Below, in pieces: positions 7,126 through 16,699 of a stretch of DNA of 42,922 bases; the first letter of the stretch is position 1; each line of letters begins with the position of its first letter. The translations under genes and the position numbers were made by a program. Location: positions 1 to 42,922 of the IMG/VR virus record IMGVR_UViG_3300031910_000018. One strand, written 5' to 3'. The notes below the pieces were generated by a model. The model saw only the letters and a list, made by a program, of their open reading frames with translations, was not told the origin of the DNA and did no database searches. Source of the DNA: a virus (Duplodnaviria; Caudoviricetes).

Positions 7126-10100
7126 TATGGCCTCGCCGGAGTCTTTGACGGTGGCGTTGCAGTCTTCACTGCAGACTTCCAGTTCTTAGCGGCGACGCCG
7201 ATACCAGTGTCACCCCACAGTGTGCTAGCCATTGACGTGAGGAGTGTGTCATCCTTGATGCCAGCGATCTGTGAGAGGTATCCCTGCGCTGTAGCGGGTG
7301 AGATGTGACCATGCTGCTGCAGGAACTGTACGCCAGCCTGGAAACGGTTGATCGGCGGCAGCGACTTGAAGCTCTTCGCGCCATGTGCGGCTGCGTAGTT
7401 CAACTGCCACAGTTTCATCTGTGCCTCAGCCTCCATGTCACCACGCACCTGTGAGATCATGTGAGGCGAGACGTTCACGCCACGCTTCTGCATCATCGCC
7501 ACCTGCTGTGGTAGCGAGTGTAGATCGAAGTTGAGTCGGATTCGCACCGCGTCGGCTGGCGAAGCATTCTGCTCGAGGTCCTTCAGTCCGAGGGCGGCGG
7601 TCTGCTTGATGTTCGTTGCCTTGCTGAGCGGAATGCCAGCGAACTGTAGGGCAGCGGCTGCGGGACCCTGCGCGAATGTACCGCCACCCTTCTTGGAACC
7701 GAAGAGTGTTTTGCCTGCAGCGTACGGTTCGAACCGCGAGATGAGATCCTGGATCGGTTGCTCCCAACGCTGCTGACCGCGAAGCTGCTGACCGTACTTC
7801 GTAACGCCAGTGCCGTACTCGAGCAGTGCAGCAGGACCTGGTGCCTCGAGGCCTGCGAGTGACTGAGTTTGACCCTGCGTCAGTCCACCCATCGCTTGCA
7901 CAAGCTGACCGGCAGTTTCCATGGGGTTGATGTCACTGCCCGCGAGGAGCCAAGGATTGTTACCCTTACCAATGGGCATCGAACCAGCCAACCACGCAGG
8001 TGGTGCACCACCATGCTGCATGTAGTAGTTGTCGATCTTCTTGGCTTCGTTCTCACCCAGCGCCGCTGCGGTAGAGGCCTGCCACGGATGCTGGAACGGG
8101 AAGCGACCGGCGAATGTCGTCGCGCCACGCGTCCATCCCCACGCAGTGAATAGCTTCTGCAGTGTCGCGCGCTCCATCGGTCCCATCTCACTGTAGTCGA
8201 TGGCTTCACGCTGTGCCTGCCGTGCGACTGCGCGGAACGCAGCGGGATCAGTACGCATGAAGTGCTCTACCTCGGCAGCGGTGAGCTTGCCACCGTGAAC
8301 GCCGGGCTTCAGGTAACGGTGGAGTTCGTGTGCGAGACTCATCCTGCGGAATGGCGCATCGTCCACAGAGTGCCAGAAGCGAGCTGCCTTACCGACTAGT
8401 GACTTCGCACCGGGAATTGCCTCCCCGACATTGAGCGGGCCTAGCTTCGTGGTCTCACTACCTGCTGTGGCGCGTGTGATACCACCACCGTAGTGACCGG
8501 CGCCTACAGAGTTGTCGTACATCGCCTTAGCTTCGGGTGACAGTTTGTCCCACTGGTTCTTCACCCACGAGGCGTTACGCCATGCGTACATGCCAGCCTG
8601 CGAGAGGTGCAGGATGCCATTCTGTACTGCCCACGCAGCATAACCGGGGTGGAGAAATCGACCTGAGCGCACAAGCTGGGTGACGTTATCCACCGTGTTG
8701 ACTGGCTTCTGGAGCAAACCGAGGCTAGGATCTCTTGGACGGTATTGATTCCAGACGCGCTTCGGTATGTAGGCATAGTCGTGCGGTGCAGCCCTGATCT
8801 GGTCTACTACGTTCTCCTTCTCAGTGTTCTGCACAACCGTCTTGTCCCACTGCCTGGCTTGGTTTGCCTCGCTGTTGTAGGCCTTCGCGTTCTTGATGAT
8901 GTCCGCTCGGTCAGGTGGCTTCCTGACAGCGACCCAGTCCTTGAGGTTCTGGAGGATGTTTGCGTTCGGTCCACTCGCACCGTTGTAGAGATTATGCCAC
9001 TCCTCAGCATGAACGCGAGCGGTGCCCTCAGCGTAGGCCAACTTCTGTACCTCACCCGGATGAACAGGACCCTCGCGGATATCGCGCAGGGGGATCTGTG
9101 CGGGTGGCGCAAGCTTATCGTAAGGTCCCTTCATCCCGAAGACCTTGGCCAAGCGCACCTCAGCAGCGCCTCGCTCCATCTGAGTTCGCATCTCTCGGTC
9201 ACGTCGCATGAACTTACCGTACCGATCCTGCAGGCGACCCACCAACGGGTTCGGGATCTCTACGTCACGTCCCATGATCCGCAGTTTCGGCCTCACACCA
9301 AGCAACCCGTCACGCAGCGAAGCCTCCGTAGCCGGATCGAGGATATGCTTCTGGATTAGCATGCCGAGTGAGCTCTTTGCGGGTGGCAGAGTCAGATCGT
9401 ACGGCCTGTGCATCGCATTCTTCAGGAGCGGTTCGTGCCACAGCTTGTACTCGCTCGAACCTCGCAGTCCCTTGTACGCGGCCTGCGCCTCGGGGCCATT
9501 TGGATCTTTGCCCAAGGCATCGAGGAAGTTAGCAATATCGTCCTCGGTGGTGTTAGGCGGGAACTTGATGCCGTGAATCCCGATCTCAGACAACGCCTTG
9601 TGGAGGTCATCGATAAGTGGAGTCGTCGCCGCACCACGTACTGCAGGCAGTGCTTTGCCAGTGATCTTCTCGAGGTCCTTCAACACTGCCGCACCGTATG
9701 CGTCCCCGCCGAAGGCATTGCCGGGAGTAAACATCTGCTTCCACGTGTGGAGAGTGTCGGGGATGTCACCCTCAGTATCGGGGTTGATGTGGTGGTACAT
9801 CGAGACGAAGTCATGGCCCTCTGACCTCAGCGCATCAACCTCCCTAGCGAAGTCCTGTGCGTCACTGTGGTTGCGGAAGTGGACGTTTGCCACAGAGTTG
9901 GCGCCGGTTGGTCGAAGTTCATCTGGCAGCCCACTTTGCTCCTGTAGCAGATCTGCGACATTCGCCGGCCACTCGTAGTGCGTACCCTCACCGCGGTACT
10001 TGTTGATTAGATCGCGGATGGCCGGAATATCCTCGACATTGTTAGCACCGTAGTGCAGCGGGTCAGTGTTGGAGTAGACCTGCGTCATGTGACTACTGCC

Positions 10101-12116
10101 GATGTCGGAGGCATGCTCGATGTGCATGTCCGGCACCATGGGATCCTGCGAGAGGTGAGCATGCTTGGCGAGGATGTTGGCGATCTGCATCCGCTGGCCT
10201 TCGGTAAGGTACGACTGCTCAGGGATGGGGCCTTCATGCACCTTGAGCGGGTCTACAGGTGCGAGTTTCGACATCTCGTTCGGGATACCTTGAGCTGCGC
10301 GCTCCTGGTAGAAATCGTGGTGTGCACCCTGGATGGTTTCCACGTCGATTCGCCCGGGCATGCCTGATTCAGCGGGACCAATCACGCGGTACTCTGTACC
10401 GTGGAAGTGGAAGTGATCGCCTGGCTTCAACGAGCCCACGCGTACCTGACCAGGTCTGAGTTCTGGCGCCTGACTCGGATCCCAACCGCCAGGCGGTTCG
10501 TATGTACCCTTTGCCATCGCTGCGAGGTCCTCAGGTGTGAGGGTTGTGGGTGCATGTAACTCATCCGCAGTGACTGGCTTGATTAGGTTCTGAAGTTCCT
10601 GACTCGGGTGGTCAGCAACTCGGTGGAAGACCTCCTTGAGCGTTATGCCCTTCGGTAGATCACCCATCATGGGCTCAAATACTCGCCGCATCGCAGGAGT
10701 GATGGGTTTAGATACGTCGGCGATTGACTTCTTCGGTACGCGAAGCTCGTGGACTGTACCATCAGGGTGCATGCCAGCGTACACGCCCGCTGCATCCTTA
10801 GAATCCGAGGCAAATACCCCACGCCCACCGTAGAAATCGCCGACCTTCGTGGCTGGTTTCAAGTATCCACTCTCCAGCTCAGATGGCCCACCGTGGAATA
10901 TTGAGATATGAGGTCCTGCCTCAGGTGAGGCGGTGAGTGTACGGTCGTACACCGGCCGTCTGAGTAGAGTCTTGCCAACCTGACCCGCTGCCTCAAGTGG
11001 TGTTATCTCACCTGCGCGTGCGAGCGCTGCCGTGTCAGCGATATCTCCCACCTTCAGTGCAGCGCCTGCACCCGCCGAGACAAACGGCAAGATAGCCATC
11101 GACGTATTGAACGGCTGCCGCCAGAACGCACCGGCAATACTGCCTGGTCCCGTGAAGATGTTCTTGTACTGCTGGTACTGTTGGTCGGCGAGGTTCTTGA
11201 AGTACGTACCCTGACCCGTGATCTGAGTACCGCCTGGCTTCATACCCATCGCTTCAGAGGTCTTCTGACCAAGTTCTGCGCCGCCAAGGTACAGATGCTT
11301 GCCGAGATTATACAGACTCGGACCGAGCGCGACACCTGTCTGCGCAGCCTCAGTACCGAACCGCTGTGCAAAGCCAAGGAGTGGTGTAGGTATGAAGCTC
11401 GACTGCATAGCGGGTGACAAGAATCCTGTCTGCGTCCGCGCTTGCGCCTGCCTCGTTGCGTAGTCCTGCGCCTGCGTAGCAGTCACACCCGTGCCGGGAC
11501 CCCACTTACCCTGCTCGAGGTTGCGCGCCACCTGAGCGAATCGCTCAGCCTGCTGTTTGCCGAACGGATTCTTGGGATCATTCCACCCAGTCCACGAGGG
11601 TGAAGATTCTGCCACCTGCTGAGTGATTCGATGACTTGCCGCGAGTCCAGGGTTGTAGTTGAGCTGAGCTCTCATCGCCGGGGTAGGCTGCATGATAAGC
11701 TTGTTGATCTTCAGACCCGGGTCCTTGTAGATCATCGGATGCTGACTGACATCCAACGCCTTTTCCTCAGAGGCGTTCAGCTTCGGCAACTTCGGCACCT
11801 TCGGTAGCGGCGCACCAAACCCAGGCGCACGCAGCAATCCCGGTACCTTCGGTCCGATGTTAGTGAGGTTGAAGGGCCGCATCTGGTCCTGACGCGCCTC
11901 AGCCTGCGCTTGGTCTTGCTGCTGCTCAGCGCGGCCGACTTGTGCCACAGCACCGAAGTTGATCGGCGGTAGTGCGAGTCCGTGAATGTGTGGAATGCCC
12001 TGTGGTGGTGAGGGGAGCCCTCGCGATGGATCGAAGTCCATGCCAGGGAGCCGACCCGTGTAACCCTGACCCAACCTGGGCCGAATCAGGTTCCCTCCTG
12101 GACCGATGAGCGCCAT
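7125..12116 (-). CDS. Large internal virion/ejection protein with an ADP-ribosyltransferase-like (polyvalent-protein type) insert
   Basis: 1663 aa, last large gene of a podovirus-like operon. Contains 'IFHGG…GDFYGGRGVFAS…AGVYA…GTVHEL' and 'GIHGIKF'. Confidence 0.6.
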   Translation of the reverse strand: MALIGPGGNLIRPRLGQGYTGRLPGMDFDPSRGLPSPPQGIPHIHGLALPPINFGAVAQVGRAEQQQDQAQAEARQDQMRPFNLTNIGPKVPGLLRAPGFGAPLPKVPKLPKLNASEEKALDVSQHPMIYKDPGLKINKLIMQPTPAMRAQLNYNPGLAASHRITQQVAESSPSWTGWNDPKNPFGKQQAERFAQVARNLEQGKWGPGTGVTATQAQDYATRQAQARTQTGFLSPAMQSSFIPTPLLGFAQRFGTEAAQTGVALGPSLYNLGKHLYLGGAELGQKTSEAMGMKPGGTQITGQGTYFKNLADQQYQQYKNIFTGPGSIAGAFWRQPFNTSMAILPFVSAGAGAALKVGDIADTAALARAGEITPLEAAGQVGKTLLRRPVYDRTLTASPEAGPHISIFHGGPSELESGYLKPATKVGDFYGGRGVFASDSKDAAGVYAGMHPDGTVHELRVPKKSIADVSKPITPAMRRVFEPMMGDLPKGITLKEVFHRVADHPSQELQNLIKPVTADELHAPTTLTPEDLAAMAKGTYEPPGGWDPSQAPELRPGQVRVGSLKPGDHFHFHGTEYRVIGPAESGMPGRIDVETIQGAHHDFYQERAAQGIPNEMSKLAPVDPLKVHEGPIPEQSYLTEGQRMQIANILAKHAHLSQDPMVPDMHIEHASDIGSSHMTQVYSNTDPLHYGANNVEDIPAIRDLINKYRGEGTHYEWPANVADLLQEQSGLPDELRPTGANSVANVHFRNHSDAQDFAREVDALRSEGHDFVSMYHHINPDTEGDIPDTLHTWKQMFTPGNAFGGDAYGAAVLKDLEKITGKALPAVRGAATTPLIDDLHKALSEIGIHGIKFPPNTTEDDIANFLDALGKDPNGPEAQAAYKGLRGSSEYKLWHEPLLKNAMHRPYDLTLPPAKSSLGMLIQKHILDPATEASLRDGLLGVRPKLRIMGRDVEIPNPLVGRLQDRYGKFMRRDREMRTQMERGAAEVRLAKVFGMKGPYDKLAPPAQIPLRDIREGPVHPGEVQKLAYAEGTARVHAEEWHNLYNGASGPNANILQNLKDWVAVRKPPDRADIIKNAKAYNSEANQARQWDKTVVQNTEKENVVDQIRAAPHDYAYIPKRVWNQYRPRDPSLGLLQKPVNTVDNVTQLVRSGRFLHPGYAAWAVQNGILHLSQAGMYAWRNASWVKNQWDKLSPEAKAMYDNSVGAGHYGGGITRATAGSETTKLGPLNVGEAIPGAKSLVGKAARFWHSVDDAPFRRMSLAHELHRYLKPGVHGGKLTAAEVEHFMRTDPAAFRAVARQAQREAIDYSEMGPMERATLQKLFTAWGWTRGATTFAGRFPFQHPWQASTAAALGENEAKKIDNYYMQHGGAPPAWLAGSMPIGKGNNPWLLAGSDINPMETAGQLVQAMGGLTQGQTQSLAGLEAPGPAALLEYGTGVTKYGQQLRGQQRWEQPIQDLISRFEPYAAGKTLFGSKKGGGTFAQGPAAAALQFAGIPLSKATNIKQTAALGLKDLEQNASPADAVRIRLNFDLHSLPQQVAMMQKRGVNVSPHMISQVRGDMEAEAQMKLWQLNYAAAHGAKSFKSLPPINRFQAGVQFLQQHGHISPATAQGYLSQIAGIKDDTLLTSMASTLWGDTGIGVAAKNWKSAVKTATPPSKTPARP

Positions 12117-13586
12117 CTACCCGGTGGGTGGAGTCGCTTGGAGGATGAAGTCAGTCATCGCCTGCCTGTAAGCTTTGCCCGTCTTACCCTTGTACCCCTT
12201 ATCCTTCGCCACAGCGCCTAGCTCAGGTAGCGGCATGCGGTGCAGTTGCTGGCTGCCGTAGACAACCTGCTGACCTGGCACCCAGTTCGTCAACCCAGTC
12301 CTTGCGCGGACCTGTTTGATGAGGAACGGCTTAGGTAGGTTGGGGAATGCGTTGGTAGCCATGTCGTACAGCTTGTTCGGGTCGCTGATCGGAGTGCCTG
12401 CGGTGTTGGACGCAGTGGTCTCGTGGGCGATCTTGTACCAGTGCGTCATGCCGGCCGGGGCATCCTTGGAGTAGTAGTAGGATCCCTTACCTGACTGCGC
12501 TGACAACGCAGCAAGACTTCCCTTGGGAAGGAAGGCGCGGTGCGTCATGCTGATGGTCTTACCACCGACACCCGCAGTCTGCAGGAACTTCTGGACATCC
12601 TTGTTGTAGGACTCCTGCAATCGCTGGATACCTACCTGCGAGGTCAGATTCTCGTGCTGCACGCGAGCCTGCAACGCCTGCCTCTGCAGACCCAGACGTG
12701 CCTGCGCCTCAGATACCTGGTGGACCGCACGGTACTTCTCGATGTTCGCCCTCGTCACCTCTGTGGCAGTACGAATGCCAGCGAGCTTCGCTGCCTCCTT
12801 CGCCAGCTTGTCGCGCTCCTGCGAGGCGTCGACTGCCTGCTCCTGCACCTGCCAATCGCGGGCCATCTTCGTCTTATCCATCGCGAGTGTAGCCTGCTGC
12901 GCAGTGAACGCTCGCTCCTTCTCGAGGAGCGTTGCGAGGTTGGTGTTCACGAGGTCAGACTTCGATGCCTGGTACTTATCTATCGTGTCGTTGAGCGTCT
13001 TGATCTGATCGTTGAAGAAGGCGTCAGACTTCGCTTGTTCGTTGGTCATTAGTGCAGGGAACACCTGGCCTGCAAACGCCTGGGCTTCCTCTGTGTTGCC
13101 CTGCGCGACGCCCAATGCGTTGAGCACACCCCCCGCTTGTGCAGCAGGAACCTGCGCCTCATACGGGGCAATCGACTGGGTGAAGTCCGCTGTACTTACA
13201 GGTCCACCCATTTGCTGCGCGAGTTGCTGAGCCTGCGCAGCGAGTTGCTGATGGACCTGGTTCATGCGCGTGCCTTCGGCTGCAAAGACGTTCATCTCCT
13301 GCTGTGTCGCCTCGTCCTGAGACGACTGTACTGCCTGAGCGGAAGCATTTACATACGGCAGGAGTTGTGAGCCTTCCTGCGAGATGTCCTGCCGCGCCTG
13401 AGCCTGCTCACCCTGATACGTCTTGACCTGTGACTGAAGAGGAGCTACCTCGCCAGTAATCGTCGATGCAGCTTGCTGCTGCGCAAGCGTCTGAAGCTGC
13501 GCGATGGTGTACGGCGTCGTGATCGGGTTAGGATTACTACCCGGATCGCTGGGGTTATTCGCCGATGCTGTTACGGTAGCGGCCAT
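12117..13586 (-). CDS. Putative internal virion (ejection) protein, Gln/Ala-rich coiled coil
   Basis: Composition, and position after the tail genes. Confidence 0.55.
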   Translation of the reverse strand: MAATVTASANNPSDPGSNPNPITTPYTIAQLQTLAQQQAASTITGEVAPLQSQVKTYQGEQAQARQDISQEGSQLLPYVNASAQAVQSSQDEATQQEMNVFAAEGTRMNQVHQQLAAQAQQLAQQMGGPVSTADFTQSIAPYEAQVPAAQAGGVLNALGVAQGNTEEAQAFAGQVFPALMTNEQAKSDAFFNDQIKTLNDTIDKYQASKSDLVNTNLATLLEKERAFTAQQATLAMDKTKMARDWQVQEQAVDASQERDKLAKEAAKLAGIRTATEVTRANIEKYRAVHQVSEAQARLGLQRQALQARVQHENLTSQVGIQRLQESYNKDVQKFLQTAGVGGKTISMTHRAFLPKGSLAALSAQSGKGSYYYSKDAPAGMTHWYKIAHETTASNTAGTPISDPNKLYDMATNAFPNLPKPFLIKQVRARTGLTNWVPGQQVVYGSQQLHRMPLPELGAVAKDKGYKGKTGKAYRQAMTDFILQATPPTG

Positions 13587-14908
13587 TAGATCCTACCGAT
13601 TGGCGGTCCTGGTGGGAGAATGTGACCCGGAGGAAGGATTGGGAAATGGATCGGAGGGAAACTTCGGATCGGGGGATCCACTCGACGGACGGGTGGCGGG
13701 AACATGCTCGCCGGCGGGAGCATACGCGGGTCAGCTAGAGGCGTGGGGTAATGCAGACCCGCTGGGTAGTAATGCGACGAGAGTTGCGCTAGAGCATCGT
13801 GTACCCAGTCGGGAACGAAGGCGTGGCCTGACATCGCTAGCGGGTGACGACCTGCCCACACACTGTAGGCGCCAAGTTGATTGCCCTGATCGTACAGCGA
13901 CTCAGCAGGTGGTGCGGGAACCTGAGGGTACGCGACACCCGAACCACCTGGGCCGAAGTAGTGGATACCGGGCTGACCCGGGTATACGGGACCAGGACTC
14001 GGAACAGTGTCTGGTCCCGTGACACCTCGCTGCAGAGTGGCCGAAGGCGGATTCGCTCCGCCCTCAATCATCTGACCACCCTGAGCCTGGGTGCCAGGAT
14101 TCAGTCGTGACTGTGCAGCTTCCTGTAGACCACTGAGCATCGTATTCTCCTCCGGGGTTAGAGCTGTGCGCGGGACCACAGACTCGGGGCCTGCCTCGCC
14201 GATGATCGCATTGGTGGGCTGCGTGACCTCACCACCCCCCGCCATGGGCGTGATTGGCGCGGGAACGCCGGAAGTAGCGTACCCTGTGTCAGAATACGGA
14301 GCGACGTAATCGCCCGCACCATACGCCAAGCCCTGCGTCGGATCAATCTGGTACTCAGTGCCAGGCGGTGGCGGATTCTTCGTACTCCAAGCAGTAGCTC
14401 GCGCTGCAGCATTACCGAGGTTGACGAGATTCTGCTGGTTGTAGGCACTGACGAGATTCTCAGCACCAGTGTACGCCTTGCCCATCTGCTCTGGCACTGC
14501 CAACTCAGTCTTCGCAATCGACTGCCAGTACGGCTCCTCCAGTTTCGCCTGCGCAGTCCCACGGTACCCACTGAACAGCGTACTCGCACGATCCATATTC
14601 ATGGTGTTCTGGATGTCTGCATCGCTGACGCCCTGACGTGCTAGATCCTCCGCAGCAGCTGCATTCCTCTCGATACTGCCGGGTGTATGTGCACCTGTAG
14701 CGGGATTTGTGTAGCCAAGCTGATCGAGGAACGTACCGTATCGCTGGTTGATGTTTGCGCGGAGGATCGCATCCTGCTGCAGATACGTTGGATCAGTGTA
14801 CTCACCCCCCGGTGGTGCGGGAGGAAGAATACCCGCCTGTGGTAGTGACGGAGGTGCAGCGCCGCCGATACCTGACGCCGTCTGTGGGTTCGGTGCGAGT
14901 GCACTCAC
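13586..14908 (-). CDS. Putative internal virion protein, Pro-rich, with tape-measure-type 'GG.V..PT.A.IGEAGPE.V.P' motif
   Basis: Position and the motif MAGGGEVTQPTNAIIGEAGPESVVP. Confidence 0.55.
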   Translation of the reverse strand: MSALAPNPQTASGIGGAAPPSLPQAGILPPAPPGGEYTDPTYLQQDAILRANINQRYGTFLDQLGYTNPATGAHTPGSIERNAAAAEDLARQGVSDADIQNTMNMDRASTLFSGYRGTAQAKLEEPYWQSIAKTELAVPEQMGKAYTGAENLVSAYNQQNLVNLGNAAARATAWSTKNPPPPGTEYQIDPTQGLAYGAGDYVAPYSDTGYATSGVPAPITPMAGGGEVTQPTNAIIGEAGPESVVPRTALTPEENTMLSGLQEAAQSRLNPGTQAQGGQMIEGGANPPSATLQRGVTGPDTVPSPGPVYPGQPGIHYFGPGGSGVAYPQVPAPPAESLYDQGNQLGAYSVWAGRHPLAMSGHAFVPDWVHDALAQLSSHYYPAGLHYPTPLADPRMLPPASMFPPPVRRVDPPIRSFPPIHFPILPPGHILPPGPPIGRI

Positions 14909-15378
14909 TGCTGTACCACCATCCAGTCGAAGGTCGGGTTGCCTATGACAACCGCAGTTGAGAGTTGGAGGTAGAACTGCTTATTCGCTTTGCCCGCAGC
15001 CCAGTACTGCGCTGAAGGCACAGGGAAGCCTACGTTCTGAGCAGGCATTGTCACGTCATCTGGGCCCCACAAGCCATCGTCCTTCACAGTCTGACTCGGA
15101 ACCGTGATGGATCCGGCATTTACCTGAAGCTGTGAGGTGGGTGTAAGTACGACCGAGTACGGCATGTTGAGACCGTGAGTGATAAGTTGCTGTAGGGAGG
15201 TCATCGACACGCTGCCCGATTGAATCTGCTTCGCGTTTGCGAAGTCACTCAGAAGCTGCGCGATCTGCGGATCGTAGACGCTGTTCATAAACCACAACAG
15301 CATGGTCCAAACCGTCCAGATCTGCTGGTTCGCTGCAGCAGTACGCATCGGGCGCTGTGGGGGCGTCGTTACAGTCAT
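14905..15378 (-). CDS. Putative tail/virion protein
   Basis: Coupled ORF in the structural operon, beta-rich C-terminus. Confidence 0.45.
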   Translation of the reverse strand: MTVTTPPQRPMRTAAANQQIWTVWTMLLWFMNSVYDPQIAQLLSDFANAKQIQSGSVSMTSLQQLITHGLNMPYSVVLTPTSQLQVNAGSITVPSQTVKDDGLWGPDDVTMPAQNVGFPVPSAQYWAAGKANKQFYLQLSTAVVIGNPTFDWMVVQQ

Positions 15379-15575
15379 CCCTCAGGTAGTACTTCCTCTG
15401 CCTGTTGAGAGTTATGCTTGTTGACTTCTGCCTGTGTGTTGTCCCAGATAGTCACCATCGACTCAGGTGAGTAACAGGAGACGGGATTGCTAAGCATCTC
15501 ATCGACAACTTTGCCATCTTCACGGACCTGCACCACAGTGGTGAGGACGATCTTGACGAACTCTAGTTGCCTCAC
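15375..15575 (-). CDS. Hypothetical protein
   Basis: Overlapping start/stop with both neighbours. Confidence 0.6.
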   Translation of the reverse strand: MRQLEFVKIVLTTVVQVREDGKVVDEMLSNPVSCYSPESMVTIWDNTQAEVNKHNSQQAEEVLPEG

Positions 15576-16699
15576 GATGCCCCCTCCAACTTAGCGAGTC
15601 GCTGGTCGAGATGCTGTGCCGTCGCAACTAGCATCGTAGTTAGTTTGTAGAGATCCACGAAGTCCATCGAATCTTGAGCTACCTCACCATCACCGTCGAG
15701 TACAGGTCCACTGACAACGACCTCCTCAGGTAGTTCATCAGCCATCAAGCCGAGATGGCGATCAGGTGTCTTGTCCCGCCGATAGGTGTAGATCTTCGCA
15801 GCGAGCAACTTCTCGACTGGCGGTTTCTTGAACTCTTTGATGGTCTTCTTTGTCTCGCGGTCGGATAAGACGGTGAACGCGGCGGCCCGCCAGGTGCCGT
15901 AGCTGGTGGTGTACAGGTCGAGCTGGTTGACGCCGCTGCGGCGCACCTGCGTGTCGCCCGCAGCCGCGCCGGTGCCCCAGGTCAGCAGCCCGTTGTGGTC
16001 GATCGTGAACCGCCACTGCGTGTCGGCGGGCACCGTCATAAACAGGCCGCCCGTGTTGGCAGCGGCGGCGCTGGACATGATGTAGCCGTTGTTGAGGATC
16101 GAGGTGCCAGCGATCCCGCCTGCGCCAGGCGTCACGGCCCCCGGCCCGGTCGAGAGGACGTTCGCAACGAAGGTGTTGTCGGTCTTGAGCTGGCCCGCTG
16201 CGCCCCGGTAGAGGTTCGTGTCGACCGCCGCGTTGCCCGGTCCCCAGCTCATCAGGCCAGCGACGGTGAACTGGAAGCGCGGCTGCGTGTCGGTCGTGAT
16301 CCCGGCCGTGAGCGCGCCGTCGGTCGCGAGGCTGCCGAAGTTGCGGATCGTGCCGGCGCCGCCGCCGTTGAGCAGGGTGCCGATCGTCTGCGAGCCGGTG
16401 AAGCCGCCGAGCACGGGACCAGTGCTGAACGAGCCACCGTTCGCCATTACCTGAAGCCCATTATTCGTGAGGTCAAGTGCTGCTTTCCACGTGCCGTTAC
16501 CGAAGAGCGCCTTCGTCGCGTCATTCGGATAGCCTGCTAGTTTGCTGGGGCTGATCGCGCCAGTCGCGTTGATGTTGGAGTCGTCGATCCCGCCGTTGAG
16601 GACTGCCTGGATGGCTTGGAAGTTCGCAAGGACCTGCGAGACGTCTTCGGGTTGCCCAGCAACCATGGAGGCTGGGTTTACAATGTTGTAGAGACTCAT
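15572..16699 (-). CDS. Tail fibre/spike with C-terminal intramolecular chaperone (peptidase S74-like)
   Basis: Gly/Thr/Asn-rich with internal repeats. C-terminal 'SDRETKKTIKEF…YTYR…GLMADEL…VDLYKL…LDQRLAKLE'. Start at the ATGA overlap at 16699. Confidence 0.85.
   Translation of the reverse strand: MSLYNIVNPASMVAGQPEDVSQVLANFQAIQAVLNGGIDDSNINATGAISPSKLAGYPNDATKALFGNGTWKAALDLTNNGLQVMANGGSFSTGPVLGGFTGSQTIGTLLNGGGAGTIRNFGSLATDGALTAGITTDTQPRFQFTVAGLMSWGPGNAAVDTNLYRGAAGQLKTDNTFVANVLSTGPGAVTPGAGGIAGTSILNNGYIMSSAAAANTGGLFMTVPADTQWRFTIDHNGLLTWGTGAAAGDTQVRRSGVNQLDLYTTSYGTWRAAAFTVLSDRETKKTIKEFKKPPVEKLLAAKIYTYRRDKTPDRHLGLMADELPEEVVVSGPVLDGDGEVAQDSMDFVDLYKLTTMLVATAQHLDQRLAKLEGAS

Noticed and set aside
15572-16699. 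Diversity-generating retroelement acting on the tail fibre
   Set aside because: No reverse transcriptase and no TR/VR nucleotide pair were seen. The internal repeats are diverged protein repeats.
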